From a virus: a stretch of 64,000 nucleotides of DNA. A program made the translations under genes and the position numbers. Shown one piece after another: positions 50,138 to 59,055 of the stretch; the stretch's first letter is position 1, and the number at the start of each line of letters is the position of its first letter. The DNA lies in IMG/VR virus record IMGVR_UViG_3300032087_002755, one strand, 5' to 3'. The notes under the pieces were generated by a model. The model did no database searches and had not been told where the DNA came from. It saw only the letters and a list, made by a program, of their open reading frames with translations.

Positions 50138-50449
50138 GTGGAAATCTACTGTAAAGACAACAAAATGTTGGACAAGGCTATCAGTCTTGCAGAACAGTTG
50201 AATATTGCAGATGAACAGGGTGTCACTGTATACATAAAGAGACTTCCACCCTCATTCAAACAAAAAGGAATCATAGAATTCCCACGTCAATTCAAAGATG
50301 AGACACATATTGATATTTACATCAAATATGACTCAGAAAGATACGTCACACTTGCACACGAAATGGTGCATTTAAGACAGGTCATAACAGACGGAATCTT
50401 AGACGAAAACGAGGCTTATACCCTCGAAAAAACCCTCAAAATAGACTAA
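50138..50449 (+). CDS. HExxH metallopeptidase-like protein
   Basis: TLAHEMVHLRQ..ENEAY. Confidence 0.7.
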   Translation: MEIYCKDNKMLDKAISLAEQLNIADEQGVTVYIKRLPPSFKQKGIIEFPRQFKDETHIDIYIKYDSERYVTLAHEMVHLRQVITDGILDENEAYTLEKTLKID

Positions 50450-50467
50450 AAAAAGTCCCCAAAACAC

Positions 50468-50497
50468 TTGACAATGGGTGTCACTTTTAGGTATACT
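50468..50497 (+). promoter_or_regulatory. Conserved early promoter, copy 4
   Basis: TTGACA-ATGGGTGTCACTTTTAGG-TATACT; ATG 6 nt downstream. Confidence 0.85.
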
Positions 50498-50503
50498 AAC
50501 AGT

Positions 50504-51007
50504 ATGGAAAATAAAGTAATAAAGAGAATCTTCGTTGATATGGACGGAGTATTAGCAGATTTCAACACTGGTGTTGAGAATCTAACTGGGAGAGCATTCC
50601 CTAACACTGACGCTGGTCACAATGACTATGACGAAAGGAAAGAAGAGTTAACCAACAAGAGATTATTCAGAAATCTTCCACCTATGGAAGATATGTATGA
50701 CTTGGTTGCATATATCAGACACACTGGACTTCCTTGGGAAATCTTGACTGCTGCTGGTGTTATCAACAGAGAGTTAGTAGTGTTTGACAAAAACGAGTGG
50801 ATTAGAGAATATGTGAGTCCAAGTGTTGTTGTGACTTGCACTATGACTGGTAGTCAAAAAGGTATGTTTGCAATCAAAGGAAGTGTCCTTATTGATGACA
50901 GACAAAAGAACCTTGATGCATGGGAGAAACATGGTGGAATTGGTATCTTACACACTAGTGCAGAAGACACCATTAACCAATTAAAAGAACTTAGAAAAGG
51001 AGTATAG
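50504..51007 (+). CDS. HAD-family 5'(3')-deoxyribonucleotidase-like protein
   Basis: DMDGVLADF, ILT, K..W, LIDD. Confidence 0.85.
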   Translation: MENKVIKRIFVDMDGVLADFNTGVENLTGRAFPNTDAGHNDYDERKEELTNKRLFRNLPPMEDMYDLVAYIRHTGLPWEILTAAGVINRELVVFDKNEWIREYVSPSVVVTCTMTGSQKGMFAIKGSVLIDDRQKNLDAWEKHGGIGILHTSAEDTINQLKELRKGV

Positions 51008-51008
51008 T

Positions 51009-51410
51009 ATGGGATTAGATAGAATTAAAGACGGGACTGCAAGGTGGTATGTGGTTAACACTCAGAATCTTGAGGAGTATGGAACAAACTTCCATAAGTT
51101 CAAGGGTGGTTCCGAGTATGTGATTGGATTCCACGTGGACTTACTTGTCTTTGAGGAGAATGCATATGGTGAGGGTGAACACTCTTATTATGAGTCCCCT
51201 TCACTCACTGAAGCTAGTGTTGCAGCTTTAGTCATGAAACACGTCAACAGACTGAATGGTCTGAGTGGTTCTTTTGATTATATCACTAACATTGAAGTGA
51301 TTGATTCACCTTTTAACACACCCGACCACCCAACGTGGAGAGGTGGTGCAGAGGACTTGATTTCTGAAATCGAGGACTTGAGGGAATACAACAAAAATCT
51401 AGTTGCATAA
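51009..51410 (+). CDS. Hypothetical early protein
   Basis: TQNLEEYG..KFKGGSEY. Confidence 0.65.
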   Translation: MGLDRIKDGTARWYVVNTQNLEEYGTNFHKFKGGSEYVIGFHVDLLVFEENAYGEGEHSYYESPSLTEASVAALVMKHVNRLNGLSGSFDYITNIEVIDSPFNTPDHPTWRGGAEDLISEIEDLREYNKNLVA

Positions 51411-51441
51411 AATCCCCTAAACAATTCACCTATATATTACC

Positions 51442-51723
51442 ATGTTTAAGAAAATATGGAATTTTATCAAACGTATCCCTTATTATTCAATAAAGGTATC
51501 TCAATGGGTTGTTGAGACTTGTAAACGTCTCTTCACCAAACGTTTTAAAGTCACTGTATCATTTAATAGTGTATATGGAGACTCAGACGATAGAGTGTTT
51601 ATTACAAGAAAAGTGTTAATTCAGAAAGAAAAGCACTTGAAATTTAGGGACGACCATGGTAAAATAGTAGAATACAGGAGTTCGGGTGGACTGAACTATA
51701 TCATTGAGGAGTATGACGGATAA
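51442..51723 (+). CDS. Hypothetical protein
   Basis: ORF coupled to spanin gene. Confidence 0.6.
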   Translation: MFKKIWNFIKRIPYYSIKVSQWVVETCKRLFTKRFKVTVSFNSVYGDSDDRVFITRKVLIQKEKHLKFRDDHGKIVEYRSSGGLNYIIEEYDG

Positions 51724-52106
51724 TGCAACAGTTTTTTATCGCAATAATCCTTGTTCTCGGATTAAGTAGTTGGTATCTTTATAATGAAAACCAAACACTA
51801 ACTGCAAATAACCAAAAGTTAGAATATGCAGTAGAAGAACAAAAACAAGCTATCGTTGCAATTAAAGAGAATTACGAAAGACAAGGTAAATCTCTTTTAC
51901 AAATGACACGAAAAGCTGCAGAAGCAGAAGCTGAAAAAGCAGAATATCTTTCTATTTTTTCAAGACACAACCTAGATTTACTTGCATTGAAAAAGCCAGG
52001 TCTTATCGAAATAAGATTTAACAATGGAAGTGAAAAAGTAATGGAGGGATTAGAAAATGACACAAAAGAACTTTATAAGCTTACTGTGCCTGACACTACT
52101 GATTAG
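51723..52106 (+). CDS. i-spanin (Rz-like)
   Basis: N-terminal TM, coiled coil, KPGLIE; overlapped by a lipoprotein gene. Confidence 0.7.
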   Translation: MQQFFIAIILVLGLSSWYLYNENQTLTANNQKLEYAVEEQKQAIVAIKENYERQGKSLLQMTRKAAEAEAEKAEYLSIFSRHNLDLLALKKPGLIEIRFNNGSEKVMEGLENDTKELYKLTVPDTTD

Positions 52107-52608
52107 TGGTTGTTCTCTCATTCCAACAAGGAATGTAGAAATCGTATCAAAACCAATAGAGATAGATATCCTTCAACCCGATTTACCACGACCAGTGGAT
52201 TTGACTGCACCTAAATGGTTCGTAGTATCTGAAGCAAAGATTGCTAATCCGTGTAAACAAGTTATGAAACTTGACGAGAATGGTAATCACATTGTTAAAG
52301 AAGACGGAACACACCAGTTAACTAGACCAAAAGTTTGTGATAAGTCAGAAACAGAGAATCCCGAGTGGCCAGATGGATACACATATCTCGATAGATTCTT
52401 AGACGAAATGAAAAAACAAAATAATGGTGAAGTGTTGTTTGTTGCAACCACCATTGGTGACTACAAAGTCATGACAGAAGATATGCAAGAATTGAAAAGG
52501 TATATCAAACAACTTGGAGAAGTTGTAATCTATTATCGTAATGTAACAATGCCTAACGGAGAGAAAGGAGTGGGTGTTGGTGTGAAAAAGAATGACAAAG
52601 GAAATTAA
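52057..52608 (+). CDS. o-spanin (Rz1-like lipoprotein)
   Basis: Lipobox ISGC, Pro-rich region, YY at C-terminal helix. Confidence 0.7.
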   Translation: MTQKNFISLLCLTLLISGCSLIPTRNVEIVSKPIEIDILQPDLPRPVDLTAPKWFVVSEAKIANPCKQVMKLDENGNHIVKEDGTHQLTRPKVCDKSETENPEWPDGYTYLDRFLDEMKKQNNGEVLFVATTIGDYKVMTEDMQELKRYIKQLGEVVIYYRNVTMPNGEKGVGVGVKKNDKGN

Positions 52609-53356
52609 CCATACACCTTATAGTCCAATCAGAGGAGTTACAACACCTCTGTTTCCTATTCAAATATTCAGAGGAACATTACCTCTAAATCATGACCAAG
52701 TTGCACAATCAGTTAGAAGTGCAATAGAACCTATCAGAGAATCTATTGAAGAAACCAATATGAATTACACTACTTACTTCAATGGTGAAGTGAGAGAGGA
52801 AATGTTTAAAGAACCATGGTACAAAGATTTCTCAGATATAATAAAAGACACTTATGTCGCATGGTTGTCTGAATACTTTGGTCATGATTTTACTGAAAAC
52901 TGCAGAGACGACATACACCTATTTGCATGGGCAAACCAATATCTCCAACCTAATCATCATGACACACATAACCACCCCGATACAGTAGTCAGTGGAACTT
53001 ATTATGTCAAAGTAGATAGAGACAGTCAACCTATCAAATTTCTTAATCCAAATCCAGCAGCTTCAGTGTTTGGTGGTTCAAGACCCAAATCAATAAACCA
53101 CACGACACTACCTCATAATAACATAACAACAACTGGATATGGTATTACTCACCAAGAAGCATTTGTTCACCCAACTGAAGGTGAAGTGTTAATGTGGCCT
53201 TCTTACCTATATCATTCAGTTCCCTTTACAGAATCAAAAGACCCAAACTATGAGAGAATATCAATATCTTTTAATTTACACCATAGAGGGATAATCACCA
53301 ATAATGAAACAGGTAGAAATCTTAACTACAAATTTCTAGGAGAATCCAATGGGTAA
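52592..53356 (+). CDS. 2OG-Fe(II) oxygenase (TIGR02466-like)
   Basis: WAN..HNHP..SGTYY..PSYLYHSV..RISISFN. Confidence 0.85.
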   Translation: MTKEINHTPYSPIRGVTTPLFPIQIFRGTLPLNHDQVAQSVRSAIEPIRESIEETNMNYTTYFNGEVREEMFKEPWYKDFSDIIKDTYVAWLSEYFGHDFTENCRDDIHLFAWANQYLQPNHHDTHNHPDTVVSGTYYVKVDRDSQPIKFLNPNPAASVFGGSRPKSINHTTLPHNNITTTGYGITHQEAFVHPTEGEVLMWPSYLYHSVPFTESKDPNYERISISFNLHHRGIITNNETGRNLNYKFLGESNG

Positions 53357-54038
53357 AGTATTTGCATATGACGAAAGATTCAAACAATCAGAGAACTGGG
53401 ACGTATCCTATGACGGATTTGCACTAACCATTGACAACTTTTATGAGAATCCCGAAGAGATATATGAATATCTTTTAAATACAGATTATCCATTGTGGAA
53501 ATACAATCCCGAAAGAAAAAGTAAAAATGCAATTGAATACAATGATTGCAGAATCATAGATAAAATTGGTCACCCTACAAGATTGTATATAAATGACATG
53601 GAAAGAGTTCTAAATTGTTGTAGAAAACATTGGTGGAAATTTGATTATTCGTTTGATATGCAGTTTGAAGTAAATTGTTTTCAGACTATAACACAATTTG
53701 ACAATACACTTCAACACTACCCACATATAGATTCGTCCTTCGACACACCCGACCACCTATCAACACTCAACATGTTAGTTTATCTTGACAAAGAAGAAGA
53801 CGGTGGAACTGCAATATATGAAGGAACGTGGATTACTAACAACGAAGCGCAATCACTCCTATATCCAGTTGAAGACGATTTTGTATTGGATAGAGTGATA
53901 CCTGCGAAATTCAATAGGTGTGTCATATTCCCAGGCAATAGGTTGCATGGTGCATATATAAATGACTACAATAAATATACTGGAGACAAGTGGAGATACT
54001 CACAAGTGATTTTCTTCCACCCACAACAAAATGCCTAA
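53349..54038 (+). CDS. 2OG-Fe(II) oxygenase (DUF6445-like)
   Basis: IDNFYENP, PHID, GGTAIY, FNRCVIF..HGA. Confidence 0.8.
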   Translation: MGKVFAYDERFKQSENWDVSYDGFALTIDNFYENPEEIYEYLLNTDYPLWKYNPERKSKNAIEYNDCRIIDKIGHPTRLYINDMERVLNCCRKHWWKFDYSFDMQFEVNCFQTITQFDNTLQHYPHIDSSFDTPDHLSTLNMLVYLDKEEDGGTAIYEGTWITNNEAQSLLYPVEDDFVLDRVIPAKFNRCVIFPGNRLHGAYINDYNKYTGDKWRYSQVIFFHPQQNA

Positions 54039-54687
54039 CGCAATACCAACACCAACTAATAAACTCGAAGAAGGAAGAGTAAGAGTCATAAGGCCTTTAA
54101 AACATCTTGAGACACCACCTACACTCATAATGATTGCAGAAGAAGCATTAAGTAAAGACGATTGTGATATCATTATTAATGAACATGCAAGTACAGTAGA
54201 AGCAAAAGTAAGTGTTGGTGACGGGAATGTTGTCACTCCACATAAAAAAGAACTGTTAAACAATCATATGCCATGGAAGTATGACTTGAATGGAATTAAG
54301 ATAACAGTCGTTCCACAAGAAACAAATGCATTTAATATCATAACAGAAATCGTTGACCCATTCCTACCAAAGAATGACGACTATGGAATGATTTCATATA
54401 TGACCATACAGGAATATCCACAAGGAACATTCTTTGCAACTCATAAGGACGATGCAGAGTCAAACGATAGTGCAACAGTAATATTCACACTCAATGAAGA
54501 ATTTGAGGGTGGACAATTTCATATTAAAGGACATACAATTGCACAACGTAGAGGTTCTATGGTTTCATTTAATAATAACACTGAAGTATTTCATAGTGTA
54601 GACCCCATACTCAGAGGTACGAGATTTGCACTTTGTATATGGTTTTGTCCGTTTGAGGAACTAGACGATGCAGAGTCACAAGTGTAG
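54031..54687 (+). CDS. 2OG-Fe(II) oxygenase
   Basis: HKD, FEGG, HSV..G.R. Confidence 0.85.
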   Translation: MPNAIPTPTNKLEEGRVRVIRPLKHLETPPTLIMIAEEALSKDDCDIIINEHASTVEAKVSVGDGNVVTPHKKELLNNHMPWKYDLNGIKITVVPQETNAFNIITEIVDPFLPKNDDYGMISYMTIQEYPQGTFFATHKDDAESNDSATVIFTLNEEFEGGQFHIKGHTIAQRRGSMVSFNNNTEVFHSVDPILRGTRFALCIWFCPFEELDDAESQV

Positions 54688-54817
54688 TGTTTGTCATAAA
54701 ACAGTAAAAATGGAAGACATAAAATATCATACACCAGTAACAAAACCACCAGTGCATATATTTTGTGGGCCAGAATGTAGTTTAAAATATCATATGGAGA
54801 AAAGTGATGCCAGTTAA
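54668..54817 (+). CDS. Small Cys-rich zinc-binding protein (49 aa, not in ORF track)
   Basis: CSVC...FCGPEC. Confidence 0.5.
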   Translation: MQSHKCSVCHKTVKMEDIKYHTPVTKPPVHIFCGPECSLKYHMEKSDAS

Positions 54818-55046
54818 ATTTGGAAAAACAACTAAACAAGTTGAAAGGGGAACTAAAAAAGTTACAATAGTTCACGAATACATGAAGTGTCAATCAAATA
54901 AGACACTTATCGATGCATTCAATAAAGAGGGGACAAGACCTAAACTTAAACGTAAGATTAATGTCGAAATTGATAGACGTAATAAGTTAGGATTGTCAAA
55001 TATAATATTTACACGTGAGGAGAAATCAAATGGCATTTTGGGATAA
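54804..55046 (+). CDS. Hypothetical basic protein
   Basis: ORF in operon. Confidence 0.55.
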   Translation: MMPVKFGKTTKQVERGTKKVTIVHEYMKCQSNKTLIDAFNKEGTRPKLKRKINVEIDRRNKLGLSNIIFTREEKSNGILG

Positions 55047-55194
55047 ATTTACCGATTGGTTAGGTTTCGAATGGGTCAGAGCAAGAGACGAGAAAGGTCG
55101 TTTTGTTGCAGATGACAAGTCAACACCTAATATAGACGAATCAAAGAAAAAAGTCTACAAGTCAAAAACAACCAAAAAATCTAAAAAGAAATAA
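55030..55194 (+). CDS. Small basic protein (54 aa, not in ORF track)
   Basis: GAGGAG SD; RARDEKGRFVADDKSTP. Confidence 0.6.
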   Translation: MAFWDKFTDWLGFEWVRARDEKGRFVADDKSTPNIDESKKKVYKSKTTKKSKKK

Positions 55195-55200
55195 TTTACT

Positions 55201-55276
55201 GGGGCATTAGTTCAGTTGGGAGAACGCCTGCTTTGCAAGCAGGAGGTCATCAGTTCGATTCTGATATGCTCCACCA
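55201..55276 (+). tRNA. tRNA-Ala(UGC)
   Basis: Cloverleaf, G3:U70, TTCGA T-loop, encoded CCA. Confidence 0.97.
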
Positions 55277-55314
55277 GTTCGAGTCTTAAGACTTGAACTA
55301 TACTAAATACTAAT

Positions 55315-55932
55315 ATGAAATACTATTATACATATCGAGTTTTATTTAATAATGGTGACTATTACTTAGGCCAACACATTACTGATAATTTAGAAGATGG
55401 TTATACAGGTAGTGGAAAGAAACTCAATGAGAGAACAGACCCTTTCACATTTGATATACTAGAATACTACAATTCAGCAAAAGAATTAAACATTGCAGAG
55501 GCTGAGTTGATTGGTGATTTATGGTATACAGACCCCAAGTGTCTCAATATGAAAGAAGGTGGTGTTGGTGGTTGGACTGCAGTTAATAAGACTTTAGATA
55601 GGTCTTATATGTTGACTGAAGAGTATCGTGAGAAAAGGAGACAAATTGCAGAAAGATTACATAAGGAAGGTAAAATCAAGTCATTCACAAAAGAAGCATC
55701 TCTTAAAGGACTTCTTAGAACGAGAGAACTATATCCACAAGGAACATTCCTAGGTAAGACACATACTGAAGAGACTAAGAAGAAGATTGGTCTGAATAGT
55801 GCAAAACACATGAAAGGTGAAGGCAATCCACAATATGGTAAAATGTGGATAACCAATGAACAGGAATCTACAAGAATCAATAAGGGTGAATCTATACCCG
55901 AAGGTTGGAGAAAAGGACGAGTTATCATATAG
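55315..55932 (+). mobile_element. Free-standing GIY-YIG (Seg-like) homing endonuclease with NUMOD3
   Basis: YTY..YLG..H..GYTGSG, AEAELI, NMKEGG; HTEETKKKI; between tRNA genes. Confidence 0.8.
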
Positions 55933-56021
55933 GTGGGGTGGCAGAGTGGTTGAATGCACTGGTCTTGAAAACCAGCAAACTCGAAAGGGTTTCGTGGGTT
56001 CAAATCCCACCCCCACCGCCA
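55932..56021 (+). tRNA. tRNA-Ser(UGA)
   Basis: Long variable arm, CTGGT-CTTGAAA-ACCAG, G73, CCA. Confidence 0.97.
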
Positions 56022-56090
56022 TTTTCATAAAACCCTCTTATCAGATTCATTGATATGGGGTATAATAGAAGGTTAAAGGAGGTATATTAC

Positions 56091-56696
56091 ATGAAAAATA
56101 TACTATTAGGACTATTAGTCCTATCAACTACATTTGCATATGCAGATGTGAACGGAAGCATAGGTTACTCAAGTGACTATATGTGGAGAGGTGTCAGTCA
56201 ATCGGCAGGTGCATCATCATTAAACGCAGGTATCGAATTGGATTCTAATGGATTCTTTGTTGGTGCATGGGTAGGTGAGGTGGACTTCGGTGACGAAGCA
56301 ACTCAAGAGAGAGACCTATATGCTGGATATAATCTAAACGTTACAGATAGTTTAGATGTCACATTAGGTATAATCCAATATCGTTATGATAAAGGAGATT
56401 ACGAAACCATTGAAGAGGGATTTGTAAAGGTTGGATATAACAATCTAAACGTTGCATATTACTTGGATACGGATACAGAGGACGACTATGTACACCTACA
56501 ATATAGATTGTGGTTCATTGACGCACTTGACGTATCTCTCGGATACGGATACCATGATGAAGATAATGATTTTTCAGCATTGTTATTGTCCAAAACATTT
56601 AATGACTTTACACTAGGTGCATTAGTTATGTTAGACGAAGCGTTTGAAAATCAAACAACAGATTCAGTATCTTTTCACTTAACTTATAATTTTTAA
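56091..56696 (+). CDS. Outer-membrane beta-barrel (TIGR02001/TorF-like)
   Basis: Signal peptide, SDYMWRGVSQ, ERDLYAGY, terminal YNF. Confidence 0.85.
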   Translation: MKNILLGLLVLSTTFAYADVNGSIGYSSDYMWRGVSQSAGASSLNAGIELDSNGFFVGAWVGEVDFGDEATQERDLYAGYNLNVTDSLDVTLGIIQYRYDKGDYETIEEGFVKVGYNNLNVAYYLDTDTEDDYVHLQYRLWFIDALDVSLGYGYHDEDNDFSALLLSKTFNDFTLGALVMLDEAFENQTTDSVSFHLTYNF

Positions 56697-56699
56697 GTT

Positions 56700-57428
56700 A
56701 TGTGGGGACTCAGACATAAAGAGAGTGGTGAAATACGTGCTTTCTTTATGCATTGTCCCAAGACCTCGGGTACACGAATCCTTAGATACGTATCAAAAAC
56801 ATACGGTGACGAATATGAATTCAAAGCCATTGATACAATGTACAGAGAGGATAGTGTACTCCAACGGTCTATAGGTGAACGACAACTCATCTTACCCAAA
56901 TCACCAGTGGAGAATCATTCCCACTTAACACTTGGACAAGCATTCTACATGTATCCAAATTTAAAATCGTACATTGAGAGAAAAAACATAGACGTTTTTA
57001 CCATGGTACGTAATCCATACGATAGATTTGTATCGTGTGTAAGATTCATTCCAAATTTAATGATTAGTGATTTTGATAATCTTGGTCAGAGTGCAGTAGA
57101 CAGATTGAGTCTAAACGATTTCAATTACTATTACACTACACTTGCACTACAACCACAATATCTCTATTCCTATGCAGACGAGTCAGACACAAAACCTTAT
57201 GCACGGATTATTCATTTAGAAAAGGTGACTGGAACTAAATACGAAGTTACGAATGGAATAGAAGTTGACTTTACAGAAAAGACATGGACTAACGAACATG
57301 CAAGACAAGAGATTAGTGAGAATACAAGACATGTACCTTATTGGATTCCAAAATTTGAACTAGACGAAGGTACACGTAAGTTCGTAGAATGGTTTTATGC
57401 AGAAGACTTCAAAAGAATTGGGTATTAG
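56700..57428 (+). CDS. Sulfotransferase family protein
   Basis: FMHCPKTSGT (5'-PSB), VRNPYDRFVS (3'-PB), PQ, FYAEDF..GY. Confidence 0.8.
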   Translation: MWGLRHKESGEIRAFFMHCPKTSGTRILRYVSKTYGDEYEFKAIDTMYREDSVLQRSIGERQLILPKSPVENHSHLTLGQAFYMYPNLKSYIERKNIDVFTMVRNPYDRFVSCVRFIPNLMISDFDNLGQSAVDRLSLNDFNYYYTTLALQPQYLYSYADESDTKPYARIIHLEKVTGTKYEVTNGIEVDFTEKTWTNEHARQEISENTRHVPYWIPKFELDEGTRKFVEWFYAEDFKRIGY

Positions 57429-57470
57429 AATTATAGGTCAGTTAGGTAAACTTTTACTATAAATATATGT

Positions 57471-57920
57471 ATGACTCATAAACATCACATAATACCAAAA
57501 CACATGGGTGGAACAGACGACCCTTCTAATCTAATTACATTGACAGTAGAAGAACATGCACTTGCACATAAGAAAATATATGAAGAACATGGAAAAAGAG
57601 AAGACTACCTTGCATGGAAAGCTCTCAGTAAACAAATAGGCAATGAGGAGATATGGTTAAGAAGGTCTTCAATAGGTGGAAGAAATAATATGGGTAAACC
57701 CAAATCAGAAGAACATAGAAAGAAATTATCTAAATCAGTCAGTAAATACTTGACAGGTAAATACAAAGAAGGTGGTCATGGTGAGGAATTGAAACGAAAG
57801 ATATCCGAAAGTATGAAAGGTAACACCAATTCTAAGAACCACTCCTCTGAAGAATATAAAAGAAAACAATCCCTTGCAATGAAAAAGGCATGGGAGAAGA
57901 GAAAACAGAAGCTGGATTAG
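57471..57920 (+). mobile_element. HNH homing endonuclease with NUMOD3 repeats
   Basis: HHIIPKHMGG..NL..EEHALAH; KSEEHRKKLS; late promoter TATAAATA at 57458. Confidence 0.85.
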
Positions 57921-57985
57921 TTAAATCAGTATAACAATTGACTTGTAATCATTAGTAAGGGGAGCATAACCTCTATCCAGCACCA
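57911..57985 (+). tRNA. Atypical tRNA-Thr(UGU)
   Basis: GCTGGAT/ATCCAGC acceptor + ACCA; anticodon loop CTTGTAA; T-loop AGCATAA; D-loop lacks GG. Confidence 0.75.
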
Positions 57986-57990
57986 TATAC

Positions 57991-58027
57991 AGGGGGGTTG
58001 ACAATGACTCCCCTTTTTTCGTATAAT
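57991..58027 (+). promoter_or_regulatory. Early promoter copy 5 overlapping an intrinsic terminator
   Basis: TTGACA(57998)-ATGACTCCCCTTTTTTCG-TATAAT; AGGGGGGTT/GACTCCCCT stem + T run. Confidence 0.75.
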
Positions 58028-58033
58028 AATAGA

Positions 58034-58330
58034 GTAGGAAATCGAGACGGAAGTTAGTTGGTTGTGAGAGGTTGTTCCGTATAGATAAGGTGTTCCACAA
58101 TGTTAAAGTCAAATAAGACGTGGCATATAATCGTGAGTTGTGGAAGGAAACCGAACAGAGAAGCACTTGAAATCTTTGACGAATTGGAATAGTGTGGTAA
58201 ACGAATTTCCGTATGGTCACTACCTATTGACCTTAATAAAATTGGGGTAAGGCCTCACTAGAAGGACACGGTGTAAAGAATTGGGTATTAAAACCCAAGA
58301 CATTGAACGATTGTAGTCAAATAACAAAAG
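58034..58330 (+). ncRNA. Candidate large structured ncRNA of unknown class
   Basis: No + strand ORF in the track; own promoter; several nested helices; directly precedes tRNA-Asp. Confidence 0.6.
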
Positions 58331-58332
58331 TC

Positions 58333-58407
58333 GGTCTGTTAGTATATCGGTGAGTATGCCTCCCTGTCACGGAGGAGAGAGGGGTTCGATTCCCCTACAG
58401 ACCGCCA
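58333..58407 (+). tRNA. tRNA-Asp(GUC)
   Basis: CCTCC-CTGTCAC-GGAGG, TTCGA T-loop, GCCA end. Confidence 0.97.
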
Positions 58408-58536
58408 ACTTTCAATTGTTATAAATAATATTGTTACACAATTGTAACATAACTGAAACATTTAAGATACAAGAGTAAGTAGCCATATAGGTGAAGTCCA
58501 GTTGTCGGATAGTTTCTAACATAACAGGAGATAAAA

Positions 58537-58647
58537 ATGCGTAAATTAGCATCATTGTCTGCCTCGTATCTTAGGACACAAGCAGACAAATTCAATAAGT
58601 TAATGAAATCGGGACGACTTAATAAAGTAGTCAAATTAGTTTCATAA
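58537..58647 (+). CDS. Small basic peptide (36 aa, not in ORF track)
   Basis: AGGAG SD; late promoter TATAAATA at 58420. Confidence 0.55.
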   Translation: MRKLASLSASYLRTQADKFNKLMKSGRLNKVVKLVS

Positions 58648-58652
58648 TCCAC

Positions 58653-58681
58653 TTGACAGAAACCCATGTATCGAGTATACT
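58653..58681 (+). promoter_or_regulatory. Sigma70 promoter (leaderless)
   Basis: TTGACA-17-TATACT; ATG 6 nt downstream. Confidence 0.75.
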
Positions 58682-58687
58682 TAATAC

Positions 58688-59026
58688 ATGGGTTTTTTAA
58701 ATCTTAGTTCTAGTATTCGTTATTCCCCACATGGGAAAAAACGTAAGACGAATGCATTTAACAGACCAAAAAAATCCACTAAATATAAACAACTAATTGC
58801 AGAACAACAAAAACTTTATGACCAAGTGATGCAAGAGGTTGAAGATACGATTCCAAGTTGGGTAGGAACACATACAGGTGATATCACACCACGTAAAGAG
58901 CCTATGCAATACACTGGGGAACGTAAATTATTAGGAATCGCAACCATGCATAAATCGAACATGGTTCCTATCTTCGAAGAGGATAAAGAACATGCAATCG
59001 ATATTGCACGAATGCGAAGAAGTTAA
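58688..59026 (+). CDS. Conserved hypothetical phage protein
   Basis: YTGERKLLGIATMHKSNMVP. Confidence 0.7.
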   Translation: MGFLNLSSSIRYSPHGKKRKTNAFNRPKKSTKYKQLIAEQQKLYDQVMQEVEDTIPSWVGTHTGDITPRKEPMQYTGERKLLGIATMHKSNMVPIFEEDKEHAIDIARMRRS

Positions 59027-59055
59027 TATATTATAAATCTATAGGAGATTATATT

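Noticed and set aside
55932-56021. tRNA with TGA read as a selenocysteine or suppressor tRNA
   Set aside because: TGA is the anticodon and reads UCA (Ser); genes end in normal stops, with no sign of recoding
58034-58330. tmRNA, RNase P or group I intron
   Set aside because: No tRNA-Ala-like ends or tag ORF, no GAGGAAAGUCC-type P4 motif, no recognisable P7 core or interrupted gene
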